In this document: positions 38,129-48,181 of the stretch, one piece after another | Layout: each line of letters starts with the position of its first letter | Position numbering within the stretch: position 1 is the stretch's first letter | IMG/VR virus record: IMGVR_UViG_3300028887_000067 | Coordinates: 224,001-288,000 of that record | Direction: 5' to 3' (one strand) | Length of the DNA stretch: 64,000 nucleotides | DNA from: a virus | Lineage: Duplodnaviria; Caudoviricetes | Notes under the pieces: model-generated | What the model was told of the DNA's origin: nothing | Database searches by the model: none | What the model saw: only the letters and a program-made list of their open reading frames with translations | Translations under genes and position numbers: made by a program

Positions 38129-39410
38129 GTTCGGTCCAGTCCATCGCGTAATGCACGATGGTATTGCCGATAGTTATCGCTATCGTCGGTGGAACCTGTT
38201 TGGCACGACGGGCATAGTCCTCCTCGGTCAACCGGCGCACGGCCTCGCCGTACTCCTTTCCGGGGGCGATGCCCATCGAGGCCACCTTTTTCCGGATGTC
38301 GGCGGGGTCGGTATGGTTGTCCTTCAGGAACAGTGCCGTCTGCAGGCGGATGGCGAAATCCGAGCAGCGCTCGACCGTGTAGCCGGTGGCGGCGATCAGG
38401 GTGACAAAGTCGCCGCTGATAAACCTGACCGCGTCGGTCCAACTGGTCTCCCAGTTACCCGAATCCACGACGTGCTTGTTCTGGACATACCATTGGAACA
38501 GGTCCTTCTCCTCCCTGGTGGGGACGAGGCTTTCCAGCGTCTGGTACGGGCTGTGGGACAGGAACGCGAGGACGGGCACCAGGTTGCGTTCGTTCAGGAG
38601 AACCTTGGGCGCGTGTTCCGTCAAGAAGGTACGTGCGTACATCCTGGGCAGGGCGGACAGCAACGACATCTTGTTGCATTGCGACAGCGCCTTGATGTGA
38701 TGCATTATGTCGAGATCCAGCACCATGTTCACGAACGTGTAGAAGTTGCCGCGACTGACGACACTCATGAACTCCTTGCGCACGCGCTCAAGAGTGAGGC
38801 CGTCGAGCTTATCGGCGTTCCGCTTAATCGAGTCGGCCGTGTCCTTGTCGAGGGAATATCCGAACACGTTGGCAAACCTGAGGGCGCGAATCATACGGAG
38901 CGCGTCCTCGCCGAACCGCTGGTCGGGGTCGCCCACCGTGCGAACCCTCCTGTGGACTATGTCGACGACGCCGTCGAAATAGTCCACCACCTCGCCGTTG
39001 TCGTCGAGACCCATCGCGTTAATCGTGAAGTCGCGACGAGACGCGTCCTCGCGGAACGTCTTGGCGAACGTAACGGAATCGGGATGGCGCCCGTCGGAAT
39101 ATTCGCCGTCGTTACGGAACTGGGTGACCTCGAACGCCTCGCCACAATGAAGGACAAGGATGGTACCGTGCTTTTCGCCGTTATTGCTCCTTGTCGCGTA
39201 TTGCTTTTTGAGGGAATCGATGGGCATGTTCGTGGCGATGTCGACATCGTGGATGTCGAGCATGTCCGACTGCCGGAGATCGTACCTGACAAGATCCCGA
39301 ACACATCCGCCGACGGCGTACGCCTCGTAGCCGAGTTTCCTGATGTCGGAAACCAAGGACATCGCGTCCTCGAGCAGCTTAATGTTGTACTTGTGGTAAT
39401 CTATCTTCAT
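38115..39410 (-). CDS. cca: CCA-adding tRNA nucleotidyltransferase
   Basis: VGGCVRD, DVDIAT, EVTQFR, RRDFTINAM, RFGEDALRMIRALRF, ERV. Confidence 0.92.
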   Translation of the reverse strand: MKIDYHKYNIKLLEDAMSLVSDIRKLGYEAYAVGGCVRDLVRYDLRQSDMLDIHDVDIATNMPIDSLKKQYATRSNNGEKHGTILVLHCGEAFEVTQFRNDGEYSDGRHPDSVTFAKTFREDASRRDFTINAMGLDDNGEVVDYFDGVVDIVHRRVRTVGDPDQRFGEDALRMIRALRFANVFGYSLDKDTADSIKRNADKLDGLTLERVRKEFMSVVSRGNFYTFVNMVLDLDIMHHIKALSQCNKMSLLSALPRMYARTFLTEHAPKVLLNERNLVPVLAFLSHSPYQTLESLVPTREEKDLFQWYVQNKHVVDSGNWETSWTDAVRFISGDFVTLIAATGYTVERCSDFAIRLQTALFLKDNHTDPADIRKKVASMGIAPGKEYGEAVRRLTEEDYARRAKQVPPTIAITIGNTIVHYAMDWTEPNKC

Positions 39411-39527
39411 TTTGCCTCGCTTTTGGGCTAAATATAGAAGAAACTATTAAAAATGTCAATACTTCTCGGAAAACTCTTGACGGGCACCCAGTTTAAATGT
39501 ATATTGCGTACAAAACACGAGGACACA

Positions 39528-40364
39528 ATGCCAGAATTAAACGACGACAAGTACAAACTCCACGACGAGCCCGTCGTGGTCCACCACCCAGCGGGGAATA
39601 TCGCCAAGCGCATCCAAAGCGAGCCGGCCATCCATATCCTCGTAGACCTCGAGGGTACTGTCATAGAGTCGCTCAGGAATCCCCGATTGCTCATATACAA
39701 CTGCGTGAACATCAGCGAGTTCATCAAGACGCGGATCGCGGTGATGAGGAAGCCGGTAGTAGTCGACATTTTCACGTGGGGATGGAAGACGAAGGACGAA
39801 GTCAACGGCGAGCTCGTCGAACAAGTATACAACAGCATCGGGGTCTACTCCGAACATCGCGGCTCCGTGTTCGTCAAGGAGGATTCCGTCGACGTCTGGT
39901 TGGACAGAACTCACGACGTGCAGGATAAGGATGCCATGAAGCGGATTCTTATGCAACCCGGCGGAATGGGCAAGTTTATGGTTAGGAAGGCCAGTTGCGC
40001 CATCGACCTGCTGGGTGATAACGACGAGGCCATCCTGATCGACGACACGGTCATCGACGGCGTCGACACCGCTCCCGGCAGGTACGGGCGCAGGGTCACC
40101 TGCGTCAACCCGAACACCCTTCTCGTCAAGGTGCATAACGAGCTCGGCATGTTCCAGTCGGAACTCATGCTATGCTCCCCTGACGGGAAGTACGTCGGAT
40201 GCGTGAAGAACCGCGCAGCGTATGACGACGTGCTATCCCAGATACGAAAGAAACATCTGGAAGGCTTTTACTTCATGCTCAATACGGGGCGCGTATACAT
40301 CAGTGCCGACGGCGATATCGTCGACCCCACGCCCGAGTTCAAAATCATTATCAAAGAGGACTAA
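39528..40364 (+). CDS. HAD-like hydrolase (divergent)
   Basis: LVDLEGTV, IFTWG, ILIDD; promoter TTGACG-17-TATATT at 39477-39505. Confidence 0.55.
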   Translation: MPELNDDKYKLHDEPVVVHHPAGNIAKRIQSEPAIHILVDLEGTVIESLRNPRLLIYNCVNISEFIKTRIAVMRKPVVVDIFTWGWKTKDEVNGELVEQVYNSIGVYSEHRGSVFVKEDSVDVWLDRTHDVQDKDAMKRILMQPGGMGKFMVRKASCAIDLLGDNDEAILIDDTVIDGVDTAPGRYGRRVTCVNPNTLLVKVHNELGMFQSELMLCSPDGKYVGCVKNRAAYDDVLSQIRKKHLEGFYFMLNTGRVYISADGDIVDPTPEFKIIIKED

Positions 40365-40366
40365 AC

Positions 40367-41206
40367 ATGACCGAACAAGTTCACCACACCACGCGTCGCC
40401 TCCACAAAGAACTGAGGCCTACCCATCTACTTAACGCAATCAAGATGATGAAGGCGGCCAGCCCCAACTGGGTCGACTGGGTTCTGAACATCAGACAGTC
40501 CATGGGTATGGAATCGCTGTCCTATGACACACTGACCCGTCCCGACGTGATTGTCGCCAAGACCATATTCGAACTCAAGGCAAAGCTAAAAGAGATCAAT
40601 TCCGAGCAGCAGGCGCTTAACCGGCTGAACAAGGCCGTTCCTGCCTTGAGGAAGGATTTTCCACACGCCCACATTACGGATCTTATCGACAATGCCAGAA
40701 AGCACTGCAACGCGATTGTAGAGGCATCCGCCGCATGGCGCGATATGCTGTCCCTGCTGGCGGAACTGCACAGGGTGTCCTGCGGGAGCATGCGTCTCGT
40801 CAACGACATCCTCCACAACATCAATCCCCAACGCTGGTACTCGATCATATCCGTCGAAGTCACCAAAATGCTTTCGATATACGACACCCGCGAACCCGAA
40901 TTCCGCTATAACCAGATTCCCGAATTTAATCCCCGTTTCCTCGGGGCCAACAGCACTATCCTGCCCGAAGACGGGACGAAGGGATGCGGCGTCCACGCCA
41001 TTATCTTCGCCGGTTACGAACCTAACGGGCGCCCGATCCTGTTCTCGACGGACGGCACGTTCCGTTATGTCAAGAATCAGGCCGGCAAGAAAATCATCCA
41101 GTTCGACATGATTTCCGGCGAACCGATTTCCCCGCAGTGGCATATCGTGTGTTTCCAGCCGTCGCATCCCGAGTTCGCCCGTCCGCGCAAGGACCAACCG
41201 GCATGA
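40367..41206 (+). CDS. Hypothetical protein
   Basis: GAGG RBS, 279 aa. Confidence 0.65.
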   Translation: MTEQVHHTTRRLHKELRPTHLLNAIKMMKAASPNWVDWVLNIRQSMGMESLSYDTLTRPDVIVAKTIFELKAKLKEINSEQQALNRLNKAVPALRKDFPHAHITDLIDNARKHCNAIVEASAAWRDMLSLLAELHRVSCGSMRLVNDILHNINPQRWYSIISVEVTKMLSIYDTREPEFRYNQIPEFNPRFLGANSTILPEDGTKGCGVHAIIFAGYEPNGRPILFSTDGTFRYVKNQAGKKIIQFDMISGEPISPQWHIVCFQPSHPEFARPRKDQPA

Positions 41207-41763
41207 CCAAACCCGTACACGCATACTATCCAGGCTCGTTCAACCCGGTTACGCCGGGACATCTCGCCGTGGCGGCGAGCGCCTCCGTGCTATTCGAACG
41301 GGTGACGTTCCTGGTGGCCGTAAATCCGGCCAAGAACTACGGGGTGTCCGCCGAACAGAGAGCCGCTTGGATTCGCCGTTCCGTCGCCGGCATAGATAAC
41401 ATCGACGTGGAAATCCTGCCTCAGGGCGAGACCGTCGTCGGCCACCTTGTCAAGGACCAGAACAACGTCATAATCAAGGGACTTCGGGGAGTGGCGGATG
41501 TGGAAAGCGAGTTCGAGCAACAGGTATACAACGAGATGCTGAACGACATCGGCGTGCCTCTCCGGTTTATGTACATGTTCATCCCGCCGATGAAGTACAT
41601 ATCGTCGACCGGTCTACGCGACACGGCGAAGCTTGTCGATTACAATAAATTCTTTTCGATGTTCAGCATAGACACGGCATTGCTTGACCAGCTTGCCTTA
41701 CATAACACCTTACTGAGCTACAATACCATCCTGAAGGAAGTATACGAGACTTACCATGGATAG
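41203..41763 (+). CDS. coaD: Phosphopantetheine adenylyltransferase
   Basis: YPGSFNPVTPGH, VAVNPAK, IIKGLRG..D.ESE, ISST. Confidence 0.88.
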   Translation: MTKPVHAYYPGSFNPVTPGHLAVAASASVLFERVTFLVAVNPAKNYGVSAEQRAAWIRRSVAGIDNIDVEILPQGETVVGHLVKDQNNVIIKGLRGVADVESEFEQQVYNEMLNDIGVPLRFMYMFIPPMKYISSTGLRDTAKLVDYNKFFSMFSIDTALLDQLALHNTLLSYNTILKEVYETYHG

Positions 41764-42535
41764 CACAAAATTCGTCATAATTACAGGTCAGATGGGATGC
41801 GGAAAGTCCACGGTATGTTCCGACCTCCGTGAAATGGGCTACCTGACCTGCGACTCCGACACGTTAGTACGCACCCTATACACGAAGGACAACATAAAGA
41901 CGGCTTGTGCCAATGCGTTCGGAGAAGATGTACTCGACACCAACAAAAGCATCGACATCAAGGTGCTGGCCGAACGGTATTTCCGTCTGGACTATACGAC
42001 GGGAAGGGTGGCGTTCGAGGATGTACTGTTCCCCGAATATGCCGACTTGGTCATCGAGCGGTACAAGGACACGAAAAAGCTGGTGTTTATCGAGATCCCG
42101 CCAATTAAACAGATAGCCGAGTTCGGAAAGCGAATCAAGGTAGAAGGAGTCGCCTATATTCATGTTGACCCCGACGTACAGAGGGAACGCCTGCGGGCCC
42201 GTGGAATGAACGATACTGACATACTGAACCGTCTGATGTTGCAGAACGCCAGCAACGTACTCGGTGGCCAATGGATATCCGGAATTGTCCCGAACGTAAT
42301 CCACGGAAACACGTTCCCATACGACTATCCTTCAATTCGAATGGCTGCCGAAATCGTGTCTTTGTTCGCGTCGGATCTCGACAAGATGCACGCGTTCAGC
42401 CAACAGTTCAGTGGTTTCAACCGCTATACGCAAAAAAAGATAGTATGCAAGATGTGGCACGATGCGCCATGCGGATGCACGAAGTGCCCATACCAGTGCA
42501 GCCCATACCAGTGCAATCGCGCAAGGGAGAGTTAA
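41756..42535 (+). CDS. coaE: Dephospho-CoA kinase with Cys-rich C-terminal tail
   Basis: ITGQMGCGKSTV, DSD, FGEDV, IEIP, QRERLRARG..ILNRLMLQ. Confidence 0.85.
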   Translation: MDSTKFVIITGQMGCGKSTVCSDLREMGYLTCDSDTLVRTLYTKDNIKTACANAFGEDVLDTNKSIDIKVLAERYFRLDYTTGRVAFEDVLFPEYADLVIERYKDTKKLVFIEIPPIKQIAEFGKRIKVEGVAYIHVDPDVQRERLRARGMNDTDILNRLMLQNASNVLGGQWISGIVPNVIHGNTFPYDYPSIRMAAEIVSLFASDLDKMHAFSQQFSGFNRYTQKKIVCKMWHDAPCGCTKCPYQCSPYQCNRARES

Positions 42536-42536
42536 A

Positions 42537-42908
42537 ATGGGTAAATTATTCTTTTTCTTATTGGGCATCGCGACCGGCGCCTGTATTGTCACCGGGATAA
42601 TGCTGTTCACCGACTGGTTGTCAAGGGAACCGGCACCGCCGTGCAAGAACGAAAATTATATCGTGTGTTTCAAACCGGCCACGAACGAGATTACGGTTCC
42701 ATATGTCAATATGACGATAAATGTGGGCAACGTGTCGATAAACAATGCCGGAAATGTCGCATGCAAGTCGTTCCCGCTTAATGACTACATCATAGAACGT
42801 ACATGGTTAACCCACCGTCTCTTTTTTACTAACAAGGTTAACCCGATCGAAACGTTCGAATTCAACACATATGAACTGTCGTCACATCGCAAGCTATGTC
42901 TGGATTGA
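42537..42908 (+). CDS. Membrane-anchored hypothetical protein
   Basis: GGGAG RBS, N-terminal TM. Confidence 0.6.
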   Translation: MGKLFFFLLGIATGACIVTGIMLFTDWLSREPAPPCKNENYIVCFKPATNEITVPYVNMTINVGNVSINNAGNVACKSFPLNDYIIERTWLTHRLFFTNKVNPIETFEFNTYELSSHRKLCLD

Positions 42909-43019
42909 TTCAGTTTCCCGTTTCATATCAACCAGACAAGTGACGACAGGCACCCCACCGCGATAGTCAACAAGGCTATGCCGGCCAAGTAGATAGTTTT
43001 CTTGAGTGGGGACATATCG

Positions 43020-43808
43020 TTAGACTGAGACGTTGCCATAATCCCTGATCTCCTGAAGTATGTTTTTTCGCATGATGGCTTTCATCTTCTGGCCGATGGA
43101 ATCCAGATAACGGACGAGGTCGGCCTCGTTCGTCTTGTAATCCATATAGGCACCGAGCCGTCCATAGCTGATCGTGTTTTTTTTAGGCCCGAAATATGTG
43201 ATTATCATGTCGTAATCTTCGTCTTCGTGCCTGCCGACCGAAAATGTTATGGAGTAGCGGCCTAGACTAGCCGTGAAGAAAACATGGTCTGACCGCCTCG
43301 AGTTACGCACGGCATCTTTGTACGCCTCCAGCGTGTCGATATTGAGGTGGTGCGTGGTTAGCCGCTTCCCGTAGCTCTCGACTGCATCGAGAAGTTTCCC
43401 GTATGCAAGATGCAACTTGTTTAACCTATCCTCGGCATTAATCTCGGCAATCCGCTTGAGCTTGGCGTCCATGGCGACGTCATATTGTTCCTTCACGAAG
43501 TGGGCGAACTTTGAAAGCTCGTCTTCGTTCATGAAGAATGGTTCTATACTGACCCCAAAAGCATTATAAGCAGTTTCGAGCTTGATATGTCTAGTTTCGT
43601 TTGGCCTAGTTACGACGCTCGCCCCGATAATTTCGTTCGGTGCCGGCATATTTATGTTCAGTATCTTGCCGTCCGGCATTTGAATCGTATGCAGCTCTCC
43701 GCCGTATTGGAAAAGTTGTCCGCACACGTGCTTGACGTGCTCGATAAATCCCTGGTGACTGTCGACATGCTTGTTGAAAGCATCGTTGGTGGTTGCTATC
43801 GGTTCCAT
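43020..43808 (-). CDS. Hypothetical protein
   Basis: GGAG RBS, 262 aa. Confidence 0.65.
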   Translation of the reverse strand: MEPIATTNDAFNKHVDSHQGFIEHVKHVCGQLFQYGGELHTIQMPDGKILNINMPAPNEIIGASVVTRPNETRHIKLETAYNAFGVSIEPFFMNEDELSKFAHFVKEQYDVAMDAKLKRIAEINAEDRLNKLHLAYGKLLDAVESYGKRLTTHHLNIDTLEAYKDAVRNSRRSDHVFFTASLGRYSITFSVGRHEDEDYDMIITYFGPKKNTISYGRLGAYMDYKTNEADLVRYLDSIGQKMKAIMRKNILQEIRDYGNVSV

Positions 43809-43817
43809 AAGAGTCTC

Positions 43818-44594
43818 CTATCCATGAAACGCGTCGCCGTATTTGTAAGCCAACACGTCCGACAGTTTCGGTTCCTTACCATACTCGTCGAACAACGGAG
43901 CGCGGGTAGATTCCGGTTCACTACCACTGATATCCATAAGTTCTTGCAAACTCGCGTCGAAGAATCCGGAAGGATAGTCGACCACATGGCCTTCCTGAAC
44001 AAACGACCCGTGCTCGTTCAATGTCATCGGCTTGCTGCGACCGTGCGTGGCGAAGTGGAAAAGACAGATGTTCGGCTTGTGCTCGTAATCGGTCGCCGTG
44101 AGATAGCGGATATGGTTGATGAAATGGAAACCGGGGTTCTGCATTGTCAGGCTTATGTTTTTCGTCCCAGCCTGCGCAAATACGAAGTCCGCGAACTTGA
44201 TATCGGCTTCCGGCCAGAACGAACCCAGTATGATTGCCTGCAGCTGGTCTTTTGACGTGTCGGCGAAGTAAAGGCGCGTGACCCAAGTAGCCAGACGCTT
44301 GACCATAAAGTCTTGAAGGTCGTCCATATGGTTCATATATTCAAGCGATATGTCGGTCACCTTCCCGTCGCCATCGCGGTTCACCTTGATTGAACGACGC
44401 CCGTAACGCTTGGCAGCTTCCTCGGGCGTAATGCCCAGCATCCCGGAAAGGATGTCAGAGCATTTGGCGGCCTGTTCCAGCGCCCAGTCGGTATCGGCGT
44501 TCTTGATGTCGGGGTATACGATGCGCGGGTTTTGCGACGGACGGGGCCTGTCGATCAAGTGAGGCGAACCGGTATAGATGGTAATAGCGCCCAT
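43818..44594 (-). CDS. Hypothetical protein with a DUF3696-like C-terminus
   Basis: DYPSGFFD; AGGAG RBS. Confidence 0.6.
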   Translation of the reverse strand: MGAITIYTGSPHLIDRPRPSQNPRIVYPDIKNADTDWALEQAAKCSDILSGMLGITPEEAAKRYGRRSIKVNRDGDGKVTDISLEYMNHMDDLQDFMVKRLATWVTRLYFADTSKDQLQAIILGSFWPEADIKFADFVFAQAGTKNISLTMQNPGFHFINHIRYLTATDYEHKPNICLFHFATHGRSKPMTLNEHGSFVQEGHVVDYPSGFFDASLQELMDISGSEPESTRAPLFDEYGKEPKLSDVLAYKYGDAFHG

Positions 44595-44645
44595 TGTTAT
44601 ATCTCCTGTTGAATGATAAAAATATACATTATATGACAGCCGGTG

Positions 44646-45134
44646 TCAATGTGAAAATCTTGGACAGGCCGGCTTCGGCAGTTCGTCGATTGCTTGCAAT
44701 ATGGCGGTCGTGACCAGGCTTTGAATACACCGGTCAGTTAATGGCCGACAATTACCGAAGGCATTTGATTCCAAGGTTTTCTCGATTAGAGTATTGATAT
44801 AGACCGGCGGTCCATACGACATCACGAGTACCCGAAATCCGGCAGGCGGTTTGTTTAGCTGTACCTCATTGTTCAATCGCTTAGCTAGATATTCTCTGAC
44901 CCGACTTATATTATTCATTGTCGTTATGGCAACAAACTTCTTGTTTAAATAATATCTGTCATTATCCGAACCTTGATACCACGGGAGATTCACATTGTCC
45001 TTATACATTACGCCAAATATGACGACAGTATATGAAGGAGACAGTGTCATGAAGTATCGCCACCGGCTTATGGAATGACGGATGCCAGCCAGAAAGCTGC
45101 ATAGCAATACGAATCGTGCGATTTTTCCTTTCAT
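44646..45134 (-). CDS. Membrane-anchored paralog family A
   Basis: Hydrophobic N-terminus then AGIRHS. Confidence 0.6.
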   Translation of the reverse strand: MKGKIARFVLLCSFLAGIRHSISRWRYFMTLSPSYTVVIFGVMYKDNVNLPWYQGSDNDRYYLNKKFVAITTMNNISRVREYLAKRLNNEVQLNKPPAGFRVLVMSYGPPVYINTLIEKTLESNAFGNCRPLTDRCIQSLVTTAILQAIDELPKPACPRFSH

Positions 45135-45649
45135 TCTCTAGTAGCCATTTTGTGCAACGATTTCGCACAGTCGACAAGTAGGTGTATATACAAATGTTCA
45201 GCGTAAGTCTTGACTGTTTCCCGTACGAGTTCTAACTCGTCGTGCCGAATAGTCTGTTCATTGCGCAAACGACCCAACCCATATTTTTTGCGTAGAACTA
45301 CGACTTCTTGACGGGACTGGCATTCACGGACCGATATTCGCAAGTTAGAACTATGCTTATCCAATTCGGCGTTCACATATTTTTGGAACATATCTATACA
45401 ATATTTGGTATCTAAATTCCACGGGGAAAATATCCGTCTTTCAATGGTGTATCGTATGATCGACCCATTTTTATCGGTTACCCATATGAAGACTCTAATT
45501 CCCCTATGGTAACGCGCCATGAAACTTCCGACCCAACGCATGTACAAACCGAGCCGAGTGACTCTCATCAATCGGTTGAACGAACGGAAACCCGCGTGAA
45601 TAGCGACAATCGCGTATATGACGAGTAGACTGGTATTCTTCAAGCGCAT
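45131..45649 (-). CDS. Membrane-anchored paralog family A
   Basis: Hydrophobic N-terminus then AGFRSF. Confidence 0.6.
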   Translation of the reverse strand: MRLKNTSLLVIYAIVAIHAGFRSFNRLMRVTRLGLYMRWVGSFMARYHRGIRVFIWVTDKNGSIIRYTIERRIFSPWNLDTKYCIDMFQKYVNAELDKHSSNLRISVRECQSRQEVVVLRKKYGLGRLRNEQTIRHDELELVRETVKTYAEHLYIHLLVDCAKSLHKMATRE

Positions 45650-45827
45650 TACGACCTCTGGTTCGAAAGCGACCGCAGGTAGTTCGGCTGTGACGATTTT
45701 GTCATCATGGACAGGATCATTGTGTCTCCTTGATGCCGGAAATATAGCAATATGTGGCCGTCACGTGCCGTTATTGCTATATTTCCGGCATAGGCAATCC
45801 CGCCTATTCATTTTCGAGGCTATACAA

Positions 45828-46661
45828 ATGGACCACAAACCTAAAATGAAGCTGATGACCATCACACCCAAGATGGCCGCTGACATTCTCGAACGTACCG
45901 CGAAAGCCGGCGTCAAGAACCGCAACATAACCCAGTCCACGATTGAGAAATACGCCAACGCGATCAAGAACGGCCGCTGGAAGCTGAACTCGCAGACTAT
46001 CGTCCTCGACGAGAACGGATGCATTATCGACGGGCAGCACCGCCTGAGCGCCTGCGTCCTCGCCGGCGTCCCGTTCACTACGTATGTGGCGAAGGGTCTC
46101 GACCGCGACGAGGTGTTCGACACTATCGACTGCGGGCGCACCCGTACCCTGTCGCAGCTCCTCGCTATGCAGGGGCGCAAGTACAGCCGCAGTATTTCCG
46201 GCATCATCACCGGATCCGCCGAAATTATGAGCGAAGGCCACACGGCTAACCACAGCCGCTGTATCTCCAACCAGGACGGGATGGACGAGTACTACCGCAA
46301 CCAGTCCCACTACGACTTTGCCGCAGAGGTCGGCGTTCCCAGTGTGGTGTATTCGAGGAGCATGACCCCGAAACTTGCAGGCGCCATCGCCTACGTGCTC
46401 GTCCACCATCTCCACCAGGACCCCGCCGTGGTCAAGGACTTCGTCATCGGGATCAACTCCATTTCCACCCACAGCAACAAGACCATCGACTCCGTACGCA
46501 AGTGGCTTGCTCGTCACTCCCACACGAAGATTTCCGAGCGCATCAAGCTCGCCAACGTGATCAACGCATGGAACGCCTTCGCGACCGGCTCGGACAAGTT
46601 TACACCGGGCGACCGTTGCCGCATCGACCCGATGCCAAAGTTCGTCCCGATGTCCAAGTAG
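45828..46661 (+). CDS. ParB/Srx-like DGQHR-domain protein
   Basis: ITP..A, KNRNI, GRW, IIDGQHRL, IDCGRTRT. Confidence 0.8.
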   Translation: MDHKPKMKLMTITPKMAADILERTAKAGVKNRNITQSTIEKYANAIKNGRWKLNSQTIVLDENGCIIDGQHRLSACVLAGVPFTTYVAKGLDRDEVFDTIDCGRTRTLSQLLAMQGRKYSRSISGIITGSAEIMSEGHTANHSRCISNQDGMDEYYRNQSHYDFAAEVGVPSVVYSRSMTPKLAGAIAYVLVHHLHQDPAVVKDFVIGINSISTHSNKTIDSVRKWLARHSHTKISERIKLANVINAWNAFATGSDKFTPGDRCRIDPMPKFVPMSK

Positions 46662-46713
46662 TTTCTGTTGCCACTGAATACAGGGCGCCCCTCGCGGGAC
46701 GCCCTTTCTTTAT

Positions 46714-48181
46714 GACAAAGAGGCGGTCGCAAGCTCACACCCTTTAGGGTGTGGGTAAGACCCGCCGATTGTGAATGTAAGAAATAAATTACATAACAAG
46801 ACTACTAAATCATATTATATTTGAGTTGGATAGTTATAAACTTTAAGCGAAGTCAAGAATTTAAATATGGAACTTGTAAGAAGCGAAGATACGAAGGCCA
46901 AGATACGGGCGAGCATGTCCGCAACGAAGGCCAGACGGCAGACGCAAGTCTGTCGAGTATTCGAGCTTAAAGTTTCCATCAGGCACAATCCGAAGGAAAC
47001 CTTCCAAAAGCTGTCCAACTGTTTCAAGGAAGCGAAGTGGGTAATCAACGACATGCTGTCGTTGTCCAAGGATAATCCAGACAACAGCATGTTCGACTAC
47101 AAGTACACCGAGCATAAGGATGTAGTCCACTACGACAAGGACAAGAACCCGATAACGGATACAGTCACATTGCCGTCAGTTCTACATAGGGCAACCGTAG
47201 CTCAGAAGAAGACGGATATTGTCAACCTTGCCAAGGCCAAGAAGAAAGGCATCAAGGTCGGTGCGTTGAAGTTCAAGTCGGAAGTCAACTGCCTACCAAT
47301 TATTACCGGATTTACGCAGATTCTGGACGGATGTCGAATAACCATTCCTGGCTTTCGTAAGCTCCGTGTACACGGCCTTAATCAATTACATCAATTTGAG
47401 AAGTTTGAACTTGCCGATGCCAAGCTGATTAGGAAGGCATCCGGCTACTACGTGAAGATTAGCGTAATGCTACCGAAGGAGAAGAGGATTCCTACCAACC
47501 GCAACGTTGGTCTCGACTTCGGCATAAAGGATTCCATAACGACATCGTACGGTGACAAGTACAAGTGTAATGTGCGAGAAACAGACCGCCTAAAATTCCT
47601 GTCGCGGAAACTTAACCGTAGAGGGAAGAAAAAGAACGAGAAGGGGTCGAAGCTGTATTACAAGTGTCTTCGTCAACTGAATCGTGAGTATGAACATATT
47701 GCCAATGTCCGCAAGGACATTGCCAATAAAATCTACCACAAACTGGTAACCGATTATGATGTTATCTACTTTCAAGATGAGCAGATAAAGAACTGGCATA
47801 AGGGACTGTTCGGAAAACAGGTGCAGTCCTCGTGTCTTGGCGCATTGAAACAACGGCTAGTTGCATTGGAAGCATCCGGTCGTAGCTTCAAGATTTCCAA
47901 GTGGGAACCGACTACCAAGCTATGTCCAGTATGCGGTACTATCAACCATCCTACTCTTGCCGACCGTATCTATAAGTGTGAATGTGGTTATACGATGGAT
48001 AGGGATGTTCATTCTGCCCGTGTAGTCTTGATGATTGGCTCCTCAAAAAGAGCTGAGTGCTTGGAACAAGCCTCGCCGGAGCTGAGTCCGCTACCGACTT
48101 GCAATCCGATTGCAACTAGGCAAGACTTGGCGTCGATGGCACAACACGAAGCTCACCGCCTTTAGGCGGTGGGTAGTTCAC
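46714..48181 (+). mobile_element. TnpB-only IS200/IS605-family element (IS1341-like)
   Basis: Matching subterminal hairpins AAGCTCAC...CTTTAG...GTGGGTA at 46731 and 48149; TTTAT before the left end; right end TTCAC. Confidence 0.8.
46867..48165 (+). CDS. tnpB: TnpB RNA-guided nuclease
   Basis: GLDFGI, IYFQDE, PTTKLCPVCG..CECG, DRDVHSA. Confidence 0.92.
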   Translation: MELVRSEDTKAKIRASMSATKARRQTQVCRVFELKVSIRHNPKETFQKLSNCFKEAKWVINDMLSLSKDNPDNSMFDYKYTEHKDVVHYDKDKNPITDTVTLPSVLHRATVAQKKTDIVNLAKAKKKGIKVGALKFKSEVNCLPIITGFTQILDGCRITIPGFRKLRVHGLNQLHQFEKFELADAKLIRKASGYYVKISVMLPKEKRIPTNRNVGLDFGIKDSITTSYGDKYKCNVRETDRLKFLSRKLNRRGKKKNEKGSKLYYKCLRQLNREYEHIANVRKDIANKIYHKLVTDYDVIYFQDEQIKNWHKGLFGKQVQSSCLGALKQRLVALEASGRSFKISKWEPTTKLCPVCGTINHPTLADRIYKCECGYTMDRDVHSARVVLMIGSSKRAECLEQASPELSPLPTCNPIATRQDLASMAQHEAHRL

